Assembly (NCBI RefSeq): GCF_006345805.1
Contig: NC_043017.1
Location: 13,392,001-13,456,000 of the forward strand
Length of the DNA: 64,000 nucleotides
Direction of reading: 5' to 3'
Source: Octopus sinensis
Taxonomy: Eukaryota
Part shown: piece by piece, positions 36,483 through 50,548 of the stretch
Numbering within the stretch: the first letter of the stretch is position 1
Layout of the letters: every line of letters starts with the position of its first letter
The notes under the pieces: generated by a model
Database searches by the model: none
Told to the model about the DNA's origin: nothing
What the model saw: the letters and a program-made list of their open reading frames with translations, nothing else
Translations under genes and position numbers: made by a program

Positions 36483-38679
36483 TAGACTGAGATTACAGGA
36501 GATGACACCACTTGTCTAAGGATTGATCCTGAAGTCTCATAGTTGCAAAGCCAACTTCTTATCCAGGGGGTCTATGTAGAAAAAAGTAAGATTTAAGAAA
36601 ACAAAATAATTTGATAAGTGGGAGATAGGTCTAAATTTCTCCCTAATTTCATGTGAGTGTGTACAGCAAGTAATTTTCGACAGTTCTATAGAATTTTTGG
36701 AAAGACTGAGATTACAGGAGATGACACCACTTGTCTAAGGATTGATCCTGAAGTCTCATAGTTGCAAAGCCAACTTCTTATCCAGGGGGTCTATGTAGAA
36801 AAAAGTAAGATTTAAGAAAACAAAATAATTTGATAAGTGGGAGATAGGTCTAAATTTCTCCCTAATTTCATGTGAGTGTACAGCAAGTAATTTCCGACAG
36901 TTCTAGAGAATTTTTGGATTGACTGAGATTACAGGAGATGACACCACTTGTCTAAGGATTGATCCTGAAGTCTCATAGTTGCAAAGCCAACTTCTTATCC
37001 AGGGGGGGGTCTATGTAGAAAAAAGTAAGATATAAGAAAACAAAATTATTTGATAAGTGGGAGATAGGTCTAAATTTCTCCCTAATTTCATGTGAGTGTG
37101 TACAGCAAGTAATTTCCGACAGTTCTATGGAATTTTTGGATAGACTGAGATTACAGGAGATGACACCACTTGTCTAAGGATTGATCCTGAAGTCTCATAG
37201 TTGCAAAGCCAATTTCTTATCCAGGGGGTCTATGTAGAAAAAAGTAAGATTTAAGAAAACAAAATAATTTGATAAGTGGGAGATAGGTCTAAATTTCTCC
37301 CTAATTTCATGTGAGTGTGTACAGCAAGTAATTTCCGACAGTTCTATAGAATTTTTGGATAGACTGAGATTACAGGAGATGACACCACTTGTCTAAGGAT
37401 TGATCCTGAAGTCTCATAGTTGCAAAGCCAATTTCTTATCCAGGGGGTCTATGTAAAAAAAGTAAGATTTAAGAAAACAAAATAATTTGATAAGTGGGAG
37501 ATAGGTCTAAATTTCTCCCTAATTTCATGTGAGTGTGTACAGCAAGTAATTTCCGACAGTTCTATAGAATTTTTGGATAGACTGAGATTACAGGAGATGA
37601 CACCACTTGTCTAAGGATTGATCCTGAAGTCTCATAGTTGCAAAGCCAACTTCTTATCCAGGGGGGGGGGGTCTATGTAGAAAAAAGTAAGATTTAAGAA
37701 AACAAAATAATTTGATAAGTGGGAGATAGGTCTAAATTTCTCCCTAATTTCATGTGAGTGTGTACAGCAAGTAATTTCCGACAGTTCTAGAGAATTTTTG
37801 GATTGACTGAGATTACAGGAGATGACACCACTTGTCTAAGGATTGATCCTGAAGTCTCATAGTTGCAAAGCCAACTTCTTATCCAGGGGGGGGTCTATGT
37901 AGAAAAAAGTAAGATTTAAGAAAACAAAAATTTTGATAAGTGGGAGATAGGTCTAAATTTCTCCCTAATTTCATGTGAGTGTGTACAGCAAGTAATTTCC
38001 GACAGTTCTATGGAATTTTTGGATAGACTGAGATTACAGGAGATGACACCACTTGTCTAAGGATTGATCCTGAAGTCTCATAGTTGCAAAGCCATTTCTT
38101 ATCCAGGGGGTCTATGTAGAAAAAAGTAAGATTTAAGAAAACAAAATAATTTGATAAGTGGGAGATAGGTCTAAATTTCTCCCTAATTTCATGTGAGTGT
38201 GTACAGCAAGTAATTTCCGACAGCTCTATAGAATTTTTGGATAGACTGAGATTACAGGAGATGACACCACTTGTCTAAGGATTGATCCTGAAGTCTCATA
38301 GTTGCAAAGCCAACTTCTTATCCAGGGGGTCTGTGTAGAAAAAAGTAAGATTTAAGAAAACAAAATTATTTGATAAGTGGGAGATAGGTCTAAATTTCTC
38401 CCTAATTTCATGTGAGTGTGTACAGCAAGTAATTTCCGACAGTTCTATAGAATTTTTGGATAGACTGAGATTACAGGAGATGACACCACTTGTCTAAGGA
38501 TTGATCCTGAAGTCTCATAGTTGCAAAGCCAACTTCTTATCCAGGGGGTCTATGTAGAAAAAAGTAAGATTTAAGAAAACAAAATTATTTGATAAGTGGG
38601 AGATAGGTCTAAATTTCTCCCTAATTTCATGTGAGTGTGTACAGCAAATAATTTCCGACAGCTCTATAGAATTTTTGGA
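36483..38679. repeat. Satellite, about 219-224 bp x10
   Basis: tagactgagattacaggag... recurs at about 36483, 36702, 36919, 37141, 37360, 37578, 37803, 38024, 38242, 38461. Confidence 0.97.
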
Positions 38680-39009
38680 AGAATTCCAGCTCAAAAAAGG
38701 CCAGAATAAGAGTCGATTTTATGACTCAGTGACTTGTTAATTTCATTAGATATGAGTTTCAGGATTTTTGGATGGAATGTGTTTTGATTTTTTTTATTAG
38801 CGGGTATTTTAAGAACGTTGTTTCTGGGTAATTGCAGCACAGTAGGGTATGTTGGATATATCTTTGAAACTTCGCTGCAGATAAGAAGTACAAAGTTTAT
38901 GTTGTTACTCAGTCTTTAAACGGTTTATCTATTTTTGGTGCATTTAGCAAAGGAAGCTGTTAAAAACATCGGCTAGTTAATCTTAAAGTAAAAACAAACA
39001 AATAAAGAA

Positions 39010-39041
<32 letters not shown>

Positions 39042-39115
39042 ATATATGTATATATGTTTGTATGTACAGTATATATGTATGTATATATATATATATGTGT
39101 ATATATGTATGTATG

Positions 39116-39146
<31 letters not shown>

Positions 39147-39460
39147 TATATATGTATGTGTATATATGTATGTATGTGTATATATGTATGTATGTATATA
39201 TATATATGTATGTGTATATATGTATGTATGTATATATATATATATGTATATATATGCATGTATATATATGTATGTATATATATATGAATGTATGTATATA
39301 TGTATATATATATATATGTGTATATATGTATCTATGTGTATGTATGTATGTATATATGTATCTGTGTATATATATATGTATGTATGTGTATATATGTATG
39401 TATGTATGTATATATATATACATATATATATATATCTGTATCGACACACAGACATGTATG
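39010..39460. repeat. Compound (TG)/(TA)/(TATG) microsatellite
   Basis: About 450 bp of alternating purine-pyrimidine; source of six spurious ORFs. Confidence 0.95.
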
Positions 39461-40469
39461 TATTTCTTTATATTTTTGATGTCAGTTTATGTTAGCAAGG
39501 TTATTTATTAGTTTCCTCTGTCTAACAGGTGCAGCGTTAGTAGAATGGCATGGGGGTCTTCAGTGCTACTAGTAACTCACTAATACATTGAATCTTTCCT
39601 ATCCCAGTTGGAATAATTTCACTTCTTTTCTGAACTCAGTGACACAGCCTTTATATGTTTGTTTGACCAGTTAGAAATAACAGTCAAATTTATCTCAAAT
39701 CTTATGTTACTGTCTTGGAATGTATTCATGAGCCAATGTGGGAGCCCTCTATATGGTCACTTGATTTGCTAGAAATAGCTGCCAAATTCTTTTCAAATTA
39801 ACGTCGTACTGTCTTGAATAGGATGGGGTACATTGGATAATGTAGCCTCCTAGATTCACTCTGTTGAAATGGATGTTTGAATGGTCATGGATGGAACACC
39901 TTTGATCATAGGCTGAACAATATCAGCTCAGGAACACTTCATGACTTTAATCTGCCAAGGTTGAACCATCTCCCATCATCATATCGGTACCAAATGTTGA
40001 CTCCAAACTTAGTTAAGACCCCAAACCTCCAAACTCAACGAAGAAGAGGGCAATGCCAGATGGACTGGCTAGAAAGGCACAGCTCTAATGACATAGGAGC
40101 TAGTGGCTGGACCTCGCATATCACTCTAGGTAGTGCTGCGGCAGAAGGATTTTGGGCCATTGTGCATGAGGACCCCTTGGCAAGGGTATCTTCACCCTAA
40201 ACAAACTTATGCCATTGGCTGGTTTCTTTTTTAGTCTAACTTCCCCCACCACTTTTTTTTTTACAAAAGCCCAATAGCGATGGGGTAAGGATGGTGAGAG
40301 CAGGTTTTGGTGAAACTAGAAGCTCCTAGTCTGGGCCTGCATGTTGGTGGCAGATGCAAGATGGTTGCCTTCCTGGGACCTGGTGACAACCCAAGGACTC
40401 AGTCCTACATCTGCAACTAAGTTTGGGGTCCAAACTAAGACACAAACAGTGGATCAAGCGGAGGATTTT

Positions 40470-40925
40470 TCATATTGAAATAAGGTCCAGATCAACTTTC
40501 AATTGTTTTTCCAGTTCACGATATGCATTCAGTCGTGACTGCTTTTGATCTTCCATGAGGAAGCAAAGCACATATTTTGCTACAACTCTTTTCAATCGCA
40601 ATTCCTTGCTTAAAATTCGTTGGTAGGAGTTCCAAGACACTCCAGTCATATCAACAAGTATGTCAGTTATTCGATGATGGTCCTCCAAGATCAGTTCATG
40701 GATTTTCATGATGTTTAAATTCATTCGAGAGGGCAACGGTCGTCCTGAACAAGGTTGGTCTTCAAGCAACAAGTGACCATTCCTGAAGTATGGAAACCAC
40801 TTGTAAACTTGTGTTTTGCTCATGGCAGCGTCCTTGTAAGCTGTTCGAAGCATGACAACAGTTTCAGCTGCTGTTTTCTCTAGCAGGAAACAGAATTTCG
40901 TGGAAGCTCATTATTTCAGCCAATC
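40470..40925 (-). mobile_element. mariner transposase N-terminal relic
   Basis: KFCFLLEKTAAETVVMLRTAYKDAAMSKTQVYKWF...EDQPCSGRP...VAKYV (Mos1-like HTH region). Confidence 0.85.
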
Positions 40926-42154
40926 AACAAACGGGGGAGAAGCACTGCAGAACAAAGTCACACTCTGTGGCAGTATGACTTTATTCACTGCCACTGGTCA
41001 GCAGACTGATGCCTGAGGAGGCATCGAGTGGCTTCTAGTGGTAGACTCCTGAACTCAAATGGGCTTGTGCCACAGAGAATGTTTCCAGTTACTTTTGGGT
41101 ACCCTCTTGTTGACACCTTGGCCCATTCACCTTTGATTCGGTGGAGCATCAAAGATGTGATAGCTGGAGGGAGAATGAGAGCTAATCCAGCTACTGGCTG
41201 GTACACATTTACAGCTGAATAGACTGAAGCAATGTGAAATGACATGTTTAAGGATACAACACATTGCCCACTCCTGGAATTGAACTTATAATCTTAAAAT
41301 CATGAATCAAACACTCCTACCTACACAGCCACCTGCTTTCATAGATACACTGACAAAAAGAAAAAGAAAAGCAAATGAAAATGGCATAACAGCATAGTTA
41401 TTATTGTAACACCTTTGATTATATGCCATACAGGTGGATTATAGCTGGCCTGGGATAATCATGGAGATGATTAGAAAACAATAGTCTATAATGAAGATAA
41501 TATCTAACACAAGAAACACCAAATTTGCAACTTGAAGACAACATAGCTGTTAATTGGACACAAACTGTAACTCAACTACTTGCCAAGTGACAAACTACTA
41601 CAATTACCATAGTTATTATAATTACTGTAATTACCAGTATTTAATTTGAGCAGATGGGGTGTCAGGTATTCTTTAGTTTAATTGGTTTAAACATATGTCT
41701 GGCAAGCAAGAGATGTGTCGTTTTAAACAGATGCTTTATGATGTCCAATATCATTTACATTAAAGCATCATCATCATCTTCATCATTTTACGCCTGCTTT
41801 TCCATGCCGGCATGGGTTGGAAAAATCATTACTGAGTCAGACTTTATTTGGAGTTACTGCTTCTCTACACCGTATCTCACTTCATCATCATCGTCATCAT
41901 TTAATGTCTGTTTTCAATGCTGGCATGGGTTGGATGGTTTGACAGGGGGTGGCCAGGCAGAAGACTGTTCCAGGCTTCACTTCACCATTGTAGTTTTGGA
42001 ATGGTTTATATTGCTGGGTACCCTTCCTGTCACCAACATCTTTACAGAGTGCACTGGATGCATTTTATCATTGCACCAACAATAGAGAAGCTGTATGGTC
42101 CCTGGCAAACCAAAAGGGTTCTCTTTACTGCACGTAATCTCTATTCATGTTATC

Positions 42155-42388
42155 TCTTTCTTTACTACCCACATGGGGCTAAACACAGAGAGGACAAACA
42201 ATGACAGATAAACAGATTAAGTCGATTATATCGACTCCAGTACGTAACTGGTACTTATTTAATCAACCCCGAAAGGATGAAAGGCAAAGTCGACCTCGGC
42301 GGAATTTGAACTCAGAACATAGCGGCAGACGAAATACCGATAAGCATTTCGCCCGGCGTGCTAACGATTCTGCCAGCTCGCCGCCTTA
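42155..42388 (-). mobile_element. SINE A with 19-bp TSD
   Basis: aatctctattcatgttatc at 42136-42154 and 42389-42407. Confidence 0.9.
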
Positions 42389-44518
42389 AATCTCTATTCA
42401 TGTTATCATTGATTAGTTGACTAAGGAAAATCTGTTAGCTGAACTGTCTTCCTTTATTTATACATTTCTTACCTTTACTACTGTTAAGGAAGAGAGCCAA
42501 AGAGCGATAGAAGAAAGAAGGGTGGGAGAGAGAAATTGGCAGATAGATGAAAGTTGTTGGTAAGGAAGTTGAATAGGCACATGACTGCGATGATAACAGA
42601 AGAATGAAGGAAGGGAGAATAATTGAGAGAACTATTGAGAAATGCTGTGTGATGGAAGCAAAGGACTTAGGAAGAAAGAGAAGGGAGAGGAGATAGAGAG
42701 TGATGCAGCTACATTATGGTTGTTGCTAATGAGTTTGAATAGAAATTGCATGGGTAAGGTAGATGTAAGAGTAAATTTTAAATATTTTCAGCAAATATGT
42801 TTGTGACAGAATTTGTTAAGGTGGTGTGATAGGGAAAGGGAAAATGAAAGGAGGGAATTAGGGAGATGATTTTGATCTCACCATAAGTTACACCAAATTT
42901 GAGTCCAAGCAAACCAGTAGGGGTGGTCTTCATTGGCAAAAGCTGTTTAGTAAAGTTGGCAAATTTCAATAAATTTGTAGGCCATGAAAAGTTATGAATA
43001 TTGATGTTTTGAACAAAGCTCTTTGCCAGAGATACAAAACTTTCTCTATCTCTGACAAAAGTTTTTACTCGAGTTATTGTGGTTCTTGTCTTTCCATGAT
43101 ATACACATTTTATTGAATTTGCAGACTTTATAAGAAATTAGTGATGTTGTAGTTAATTACAAAATAAAACCAAAACAAGCAAACAAAGGTAACAATAAAT
43201 GCTGGATATTAACTTTATTTAAAGAAAACAGTATGACTCTGTACAAGATTTTTATAGTCCTTGTGTTTTAGAAACAGAATGTGCTGCTTTCACATTTAAA
43301 ACAATATCATTTTAGCCTCAGCAGAGAAGAATGTAAACATGGTGGTGTCGTTGTTTAGCTCCCACTTTAACCCTGATCAAACGGACCCATGATCATAGGA
43401 ATTCTAGTGTTTTTATATATATATATCTAGGTCTATGTCATTATATATATATATATATATGTATAGGATTATGTGTCCTAGATATATAAAATTTGTCCAA
43501 TGTGTCCTTCCTGTTTTAAGATGACAGGATGTGAGTGGAAAAAACTTTGGTTGCTATTTCAGCAGGTCAAGCAACTGTGGAGCGGTATCCTCATTGGCAT
43601 GCAAACATTAAATTAGTAGTCTTAATGACTATGATAATTATCTGATCATTTGGTAGTTTAGAGGACAATTGTTGTGTGTGTGTATGTTGAGCTGGGGTAA
43701 TCAATGAGAAACAATAGCAGCACTTATGAATTTGAGGTTGAAGTAAATTTAAAATACCCCTTTAAATTGTTCCTATTATCTGTAGCAATAAGTTAATGAT
43801 AATTTTAATAATCGTTTCTAATATAAGTACAAGGTCTGAAATTTTTGGAGAAGGGCTTAGTTAATTATATTGATCCCAGTTAATTCACTGGTGCTTTATT
43901 TTATCAACCCCGAAAGGATAACAGGCAATGCTGGCCTCAATGGTATCTGAACTCAGAACGAAGAAACGATGCTGTTAGGCATTCATTGCAACATGCCAAA
44001 GATTTTGCCAGTTCACTGCCTTCGTTATAATCCTTTCTACAATAGAAAACAAGGCCTTAAATTTTTTAGGGGAGGCAGTAGTCAATTACATCAGCCCTAG
44101 TGCTTGACTGGTACTTTTATCTTATTAACTCTGAAAGGATAAGAGGCAAAGTTGACCTCGGCGGGATTTGAACTCAGAACATTAAGCTGGAAAGAAATGC
44201 TGTTAAGCATTTTGTCTGGTGTGCTAAGGGTTCTGCCAGCTCGCTGCCTTAATAATAATAATAATAAACATAAAAATAAATACTGCTTGAGAATTCTAAG
44301 ACTACTATCATCAATTCTGCCTTGCTTTAGATTAATGAGATCTAATTAATTAATTAATTAATATCCATGCAATAGCAAATGAGAAATAATTTCTTGTCTC
44401 AGCAGATTCATTTACAGGGCTCAAGACAGAAAAAAAATCAAAACAAAAAAAAACGAAAAAATAAATAAAAACAGCAGTATAAAGTACAATGTCATTAAAA
44501 AGAAGCATTATTTTTGTA

Positions 44519-44524
44519 TTTATT
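44519..44524 (-). promoter_or_regulatory. Probable FHL polyadenylation signal (3'UTR about 2.3 kb)
   Basis: AATAAA on - strand followed by a long T/GT-rich tract (plus 44425-44470). Confidence 0.5.
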
Positions 44525-46811
44525 TAATTTTTTTTTTTACTGAGCCCACGTTCAAGAGGTACTCTTTTGCACTACACACATCTCTAGTTTATCATTTTTA
44601 TGATAAAAAAAAAATCCTACTCATGAACGAAGAAGTTGAGGAGGATTATTCCCTGGAAGGCACTATGGTCTAGAAAATTTTTTTGGTGGTGGTGGGTAGG
44701 GTGGTTGATTTAAGTTTTACACAGTTTTGTTAAAAGTTAAGACATGACATCAATATATAAAAATTGTTGCCAATGTGTAATAATTTTTCTGTCAGTTAAA
44801 AAAAAAAGATGTAGACATCTTTTCAATGTGATGTTTTCTTTTTCATGTTTAAACTCTTCAGTTTGTACAACTTTCAAAGATGGAGAAATAGCATACAAAA
44901 ACTGCAATCGATAAAAAAAAAAAATCATTTGTTTTTTTGTTTTTTTTACTTCACCCTTCCTCTCATTTTGTAGAATTTATTTAAATATTTCTTCATAAAT
45001 ATTTAATGCAAAAAAGGAAAAAAATTAAAAATTTGATTTTTAAATTAATTTATTAAATAAAAATTTCCTCATTTTAATAATGTAGAAAAGAGATGAATTT
45101 AATAGTACACATTATTATCAATATTTTAGATAAATTTTTTTTCTCTCCAATAAATAGATCTGTTGGTAAACAAGAAGGCTTTTATTTCCACAAACAAAAG
45201 AAAGAAAGAAAAAAACAAGCGACATATTTTATTGAAGACACAGCCAGATTTTTCGAATTATGTGTAAGAATGTCTTTTCTTTCATTTTGAAAAAATATAT
45301 ATGAAAAACATACTGTACAGTAACCTCACCTCTAAATCAACAAGATTAGTGAGGAAAATAAATGTTTTTCTTTTTATATAAACATTACTTTTTATTTGAG
45401 ACAAGAGAAAGAAAGAAAAGAACCTTCATTGGTTTAATGTTTATTAAATAGTATACCTGAAACTCACCCCTCGTCTTAATACCAACAGTTTTAAGAAAGA
45501 AAGAAAAAAAAATTCTTTGAAGGTGGAAATGGTTTTTTTCCATAATGGTCTTGAAAACAAGAAAGCATCAATTCTACAATTGTTAATTGTGGAATATGTA
45601 AAACATTTCCCTTCAAAATCAATTTAATAATGTACACTATCAAATGAAGCAGATTTTAGTCAGTTTAGTAATGTGCAAGCAATTTCCTGCTGATATAAGT
45701 CTTGTACTAGGATACAGAGAAGTGTTTGAAGTTAATTGAATAAATCTTTTACAGGTACTCGAGCACAATACCTATTGGTAATAGCACATGGGTTTGTTTG
45801 TTCGTATGTGTGAAGGCTTCACCCGTGAATTTGTGCTTGTAACTTAAGATTTATTTTGATTAAGCACAAGACTAGTTTTTAAGATAGGGGTCAAATAATG
45901 AATGGACTCCCTGTATGTATATATTATATATGTAAAAGTACTTTATAAACCCCATCCCCTAGAAGAGTGGGGTGGAAAGGTAAGCATTACCTTGGTTAAA
46001 TTTGATTTCTTAATAATGAAAGTAATTTTAATTCACCTTGGATGCTGTAGTTTTATGTGTGGGACAGAGATCCAGTTCTTTTCATTTATTGGTTTAAAAA
46101 AAAATTTTTTAAACTAAATCAATCTATGAAAATAAAAACAGCATAATTAGCAGTTTTAATGTTTATTTGAAAAAAATTAATTGTAAAAAAAAACAGCAAC
46201 AAAAGGGATTAAAAAAAACTGTCAGTTTGAAAAGAGAAAAAAAGCAAAACCAGTAATCTGCCTTTCCTAGTTTACATAGTTTGGCTGTTAAAGAAGACTC
46301 GGGTACATGGCTATCAAAGAATAGTCAGAACTTTCTAGAACATGCATTCATGCATTGATTGAAAATTAAAAACAAAAAAAAGGCTTTTTTTCTCTTTTTT
46401 TTTTTAATGAAATGAAGTACAATTTGAAGAATTGTCTCTCTCTCTCTCTCTCTTAATAATAATAATAATATTGTAATTATTATTATTATTGATTAAAAAA
46501 TAATTTTTTTTTCTTTTTAAATGATTTTCACCACAAGAGAAAAAATAACAACACGAAAAAGTTTGACAAAAACTGCGAAATTTTTGCCAGGACCTAAATT
46601 GTAGAAAAGAAGGCGGTGGGTAAATTACAATTGAACTTTAATAAATAATCATAGATCTAAATTATTCTAATGGATAAACCATATTTATTACATACTCGTT
46701 TAGGGTTAAAAAAAATTTTTTTTTTGCTGTTGTTGTTGAATATCTTTCATCAAGTCCAAGGACAGATTTAAAGACTTTAAGAGACTTGTAAAGTAACCCA
46801 AGATATAGGTC

Positions 46812-46960
46812 TTAGTTGCGTCCACATGGAGGGCACAAAATGTCTCCCTCATTCATAAGGAAGCCCTTGCCAACCATAGATGTTTTGCACTTGTTGCAGT
46901 TGAAGCAGTCACTGTGCCAGTGACGGTCTTCAAAAGAGATGAACTTGGTGCCACCAAAGC
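46812..46960 (-). CDS. FHL2: FHL2/Limpet-like terminal coding exon (GFGGTKFISFEDRHWHSDCFNCNKCKTSMVGKGFLMNEGDILCPPCGRN*)
   Basis: ctttcag acceptor; G+GC completes Gly; TAA at 46814-46812; matches the GGTKYISFEERQWH...DILCP.C end of FHL2. Absent from the ORF track. Confidence 0.93.
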
Positions 46961-47037
46961 CTGAAAGAAGACAAAAAGAAAAAGCTTATTAAAAATAATG
47001 TTATTGTTATGAAGTCAGAGTTCTTGACTAAGCTCTT

Positions 47038-47275
47038 TCTACGATGATTTCATCTCAATCGAAGGAGAGGGGCTTTCTCCGTCCGGGTTGCAGATCCGTG
47101 GAATAAGCTGCTGGATGAGATAGTGAAGATGCCGACGACCGCTCGGTTCAAAGTCTCTCTTGACCAGAAATGGCCTGAACTCTTTGTATGAACACCCTCC
47201 CTGTACATAACTCCATGTCCCCCTACATGGCCTTGCTTTTGCTTTTTGAGCCAAAAAATTAAATTAAATTAAATC
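47038..47275 (+). mobile_element. 5'-truncated copy of the same CR1 family, about 75 bp from the FHL last-exon acceptor
   Basis: High similarity to 60890-61120; (AAATT)n tail. Confidence 0.85.
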
Positions 47276-47619
47276 CAGCTAGAGTTTGTTTTTACTCTTC
47301 ATCCTTCTAGGGAGTTGATAACATAGATATCAATCAAATACTAGAGTTTGTCTAATCAATATTATGTGCCTGCTTGACCCCATGATATTTCTAATTAACT
47401 TTTATACCTTCTATTTGTTTCAGTCATTAGACTTGTTAGAAAAATCTTCATATGAAAGGCTCACCTTTTGGATGGCGAAGCAGAGTTGGGGACAACAAAA
47501 TACATACCAATAAAGTACTGGCAAGAGGGACCAGTTTAATCAACTATACTTTCTTCCCCTAAAATATGTGAGTCTGTATCTAACTTATAAATTATTACTG
47601 TGATAAGCATGTGTGTGTA

Positions 47620-47660
<41 letters not shown>

Positions 47661-47864
47661 CTGTGCGGGTGGCACGTAAAAAGCACCCACTACACTCGCG
47701 GAGTGGTTGGCGTTAGGAAGGGCATCCAGCCGTAGAAACACTGCCAGATCAGACTGGGCCTGATGCAGCCTTCTGGCTTCACAGACCCCAGTTGAACCGT
47801 CCAACCCATGCTAGCATGGAAAACGGACGCTAAATGATGATGATGATGATGATGATATATCACA

Positions 47865-48155
47865 TGATCATGTGACCAACCAGGCCATCAGATGTTGCTA
47901 CACATCGCTAGTCACAATGCACTTCGCATTGATTTTTAGCCTTCAATGATGCCACCCCGCTGGCTAAGCGAGCAGGCCAACAGAAGAAAGAGTGAGAGAA
48001 AGTTGTGGTGAAAGAGTACAGCAGGGATCACCCCCCACCTGCTGGAGCCTTGTGGAGATTTAGGTGTTTTCGCTCAATAAACACTCACAACGCCCGGTCT
48101 GAGAATCAAAACCATGATCCTATGACAGCGAGTCCGCTGTCCATTGTGCCTCCAC
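47865..48155 (-). mobile_element. SINE C (short-tail variant)
   Basis: Similar to 2378-2655. Confidence 0.8.
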
Positions 48156-48899
48156 ACACACACAACTTTGTAGAAACATCAAGGCATGCTGGTAAAACAC
48201 TGCTCCTCTAAATGAGAACCTTATTTGTTATTGTGGTTTTGTGTCATGGAGCAAAGCAGACCTTACTGTCTTCTCAAGAAAACATGTGGCGAATGATACA
48301 CAAACACACAAGAAAACTGAGTCCTTAATATGTTCCATTTGCCAAAAGGTTTGCAAGGCACCAGCAGGCCTCAAGAGATACGTACATGTCCATAGAATAT
48401 GATTACTGCTTTATTTTACTGAACCCTCCATCATCATCATCATCATCATGTGTAGTGTAGTGTAGTGTAGTGTAGTGCAGTGCAGTGCAGTGCAGTGCTT
48501 TTTCCTCCCACCATCGCTTGACAACTGATTTTGGTGTGTTTATGTCCCCTGTAACTTAACGGTTTGGCAAAAGGCACTGGTAAAATAAGTACTGAGCTTA
48601 CAAAGAATAAGTTCTGGGGTTGATTTGTTCGATTAAAGGCAGTGCTCCAGCATGGCTGCAATCAAATGACTGAAACAGTGAAAACCTCTTATTGAGAAAT
48701 ATATATAGATAACTAGTAGAAGCTGCATATTGTGATCACTTTTTTTTGATAATAACTTACTAATAATATAAATTTCATATCTATGTATTTTTTACTTGTT
48801 TTAGTCATTGGACTGTGGCCATGCTGAGGCACCACTTTGAAGGGTTCAGTTGAACAAATTGCTCCCAGTACATTTTTTTAAAAGCCTTGTACTTATTCT

Positions 48900-49213
48900 T
48901 GCGGTGGTTTGGCCATGCGTGTAGGCGTCCGGTGGGAGAACTGAGCCGTGATGTCCTCCCAACTGGCGGAAACGCGCGGGCAGGCAGCTGAAGACCTGGG
49001 TTACGATGATCAAGGAGGACCTCTCCATGCTCACGGGTCCGCAGGTGGTGGTCGGCCGGCGCCGATGGAACCACGACTGGTTTTCGCTATCTCCAGTGAA
49101 CTGGCGCAGGACCGCTGTGCGTGGGCTGCCATAGTTCGAGATGCCTCAAGGGTGGTAGAAGAAGCCAACTCAACCCACCCAGGGTGAACGTCGCCACAAG
49201 TACAAGTAAGTAA
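48900..49213 (+). mobile_element. RTE-clade LINE 3' end inserted into an old SINE B
   Basis: LRWFGHA...WRKRAGRQLKTW...AQDRCAW; (CAAGTA/AGTA)n tail; 11-bp TSD gtacttattct at 48889-48899 and 49214-49224. Confidence 0.85.
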
Positions 49214-50131
49214 GTACTTATTCTATTGGTCTCTTTTGCCAAACTGCTAAGTTACAGGGATGTAAACAAACCAACACCTATTGTCAAGTGGTCATAGAGG
49301 ACAAACACAATGACACACACACACACATTATATACATTTATATATCATCATTTAATGTCCATTTACCATGATGGTATGGTTTGGATGGTTTGACCAAAGC
49401 CAGTAAGGTCATGGCCCACACCAGGCTCCATTGTTTGTTCTGGCATGGTTTCTATGGCTGGATGTCCTTCCTAATGCCAACCATTCCATAGAGTCTACTG
49501 GGTGCTTTTAACATGGAACATACATGCCAATGTTCTTTAAGTTTCTGTCTACCAAATCTACCCACAAGGCTTTGGTCAGCCCAGGGTTATAGTAGAAGAC
49601 ACTTATTCAAGGTACTGTGCAGTGGGACTGAACCCAAAGCCACACGGTTGGGAAGCAAGCTTCTTACCTATATATGTATTTGTATCAACCACATAAACAC
49701 AACACACTGGCCGTTTTTGCATTCTCCTACTTTCAAAAACTACTTTCTCTATCTCTTTCCAGTCAGTTATTTTTCAGCCATGTGCTTCTCTCTGGACATT
49801 TTCTTCTTTCTGACAAAGAGCAATGCTTGAAACTTCACATGCCCTCTTTTTACTATCTTAAACTTTTTTCTGAGTGTCAGTCTAATACATTTACTGTGTA
49901 TGTCCTTTTGACTTCTGTGATTTTTCTGTTTTTTTTATTTGCCTGTGTAATAAGACTGAACAGGAGCTACATGGAATAGAGAGTCACTGAAAAGGTCACA
50001 GGGTGTACAACAAAAGATTTAAGACAAAGGACAGTAAATTAAGAACAATAATAATTCTGCAGTGAAGAATGGGTATGTAATGCATGTGTTTATTTGGCAA
50101 AAAAGAAAAAAAAAATGACAATCTTGAAATA

Positions 50132-50275
50132 TAAGGTTGTCCCAAAAGTTCGTAGAAAGTCTTGGAAAATAATGGTCTTTATTTTGAGGAATAATTTTTG
50201 TTGTTTTTGTTAGTACTTGGCGAGTAAAAATTCAATTTTCGCAAATGTTTACAAACTTTTGGGACAACCTAATAT
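50132..50275. mobile_element. mariner-type MITE
   Basis: TIRs aggttgtcccaaaagtt / aacttttgggacaacct with TA flanks. Confidence 0.8.
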
Positions 50276-50339
50276 AACAATATCTGTTTCAACTCATGAT
50301 TTCACATCAAGAATCTTACAAAACGAATACATAAATGTA

Positions 50340-50548
50340 TATTTCTTTACTGCCCACAAGGGGCTAAACATAGAGGGGACAAACAAGGACAGACGAAGGG
50401 ATTAAGTCGATTATATCGCCCCCAGTGCGAAACTGGTACTTTATTTATCGACCTTGATGGAATTTGAACTCAGAACGTAACGACAGATGAAATACCGCTA
50501 AGCATTTCGCCCGGTGTGCTAACGTTTCTGCCAGCTTGCCGCCTTTCA
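50340..50548 (-). mobile_element. SINE A with 14-bp TSD, in FHL intron
   Basis: aatacataaatgta at 50326-50339 and 50549-50562; internal deletion relative to other copies. Confidence 0.85.

Noticed and set aside
36483-38679. CRISPR array or repeat gene
   Set aside because: Units are contiguous and near-identical with no spacers and no sustained ORF.
38960-39511. Six 63-165 aa ORFs rich in Y, I, H, T, C, V, M
   Set aside because: Translations of a (TA)/(TG) microsatellite.
22000-43000. An additional host gene between DHX33 and FHL
   Set aside because: All recognisable coding-like segments are transposon relics. Small exons or lncRNAs cannot be excluded without RNA data.
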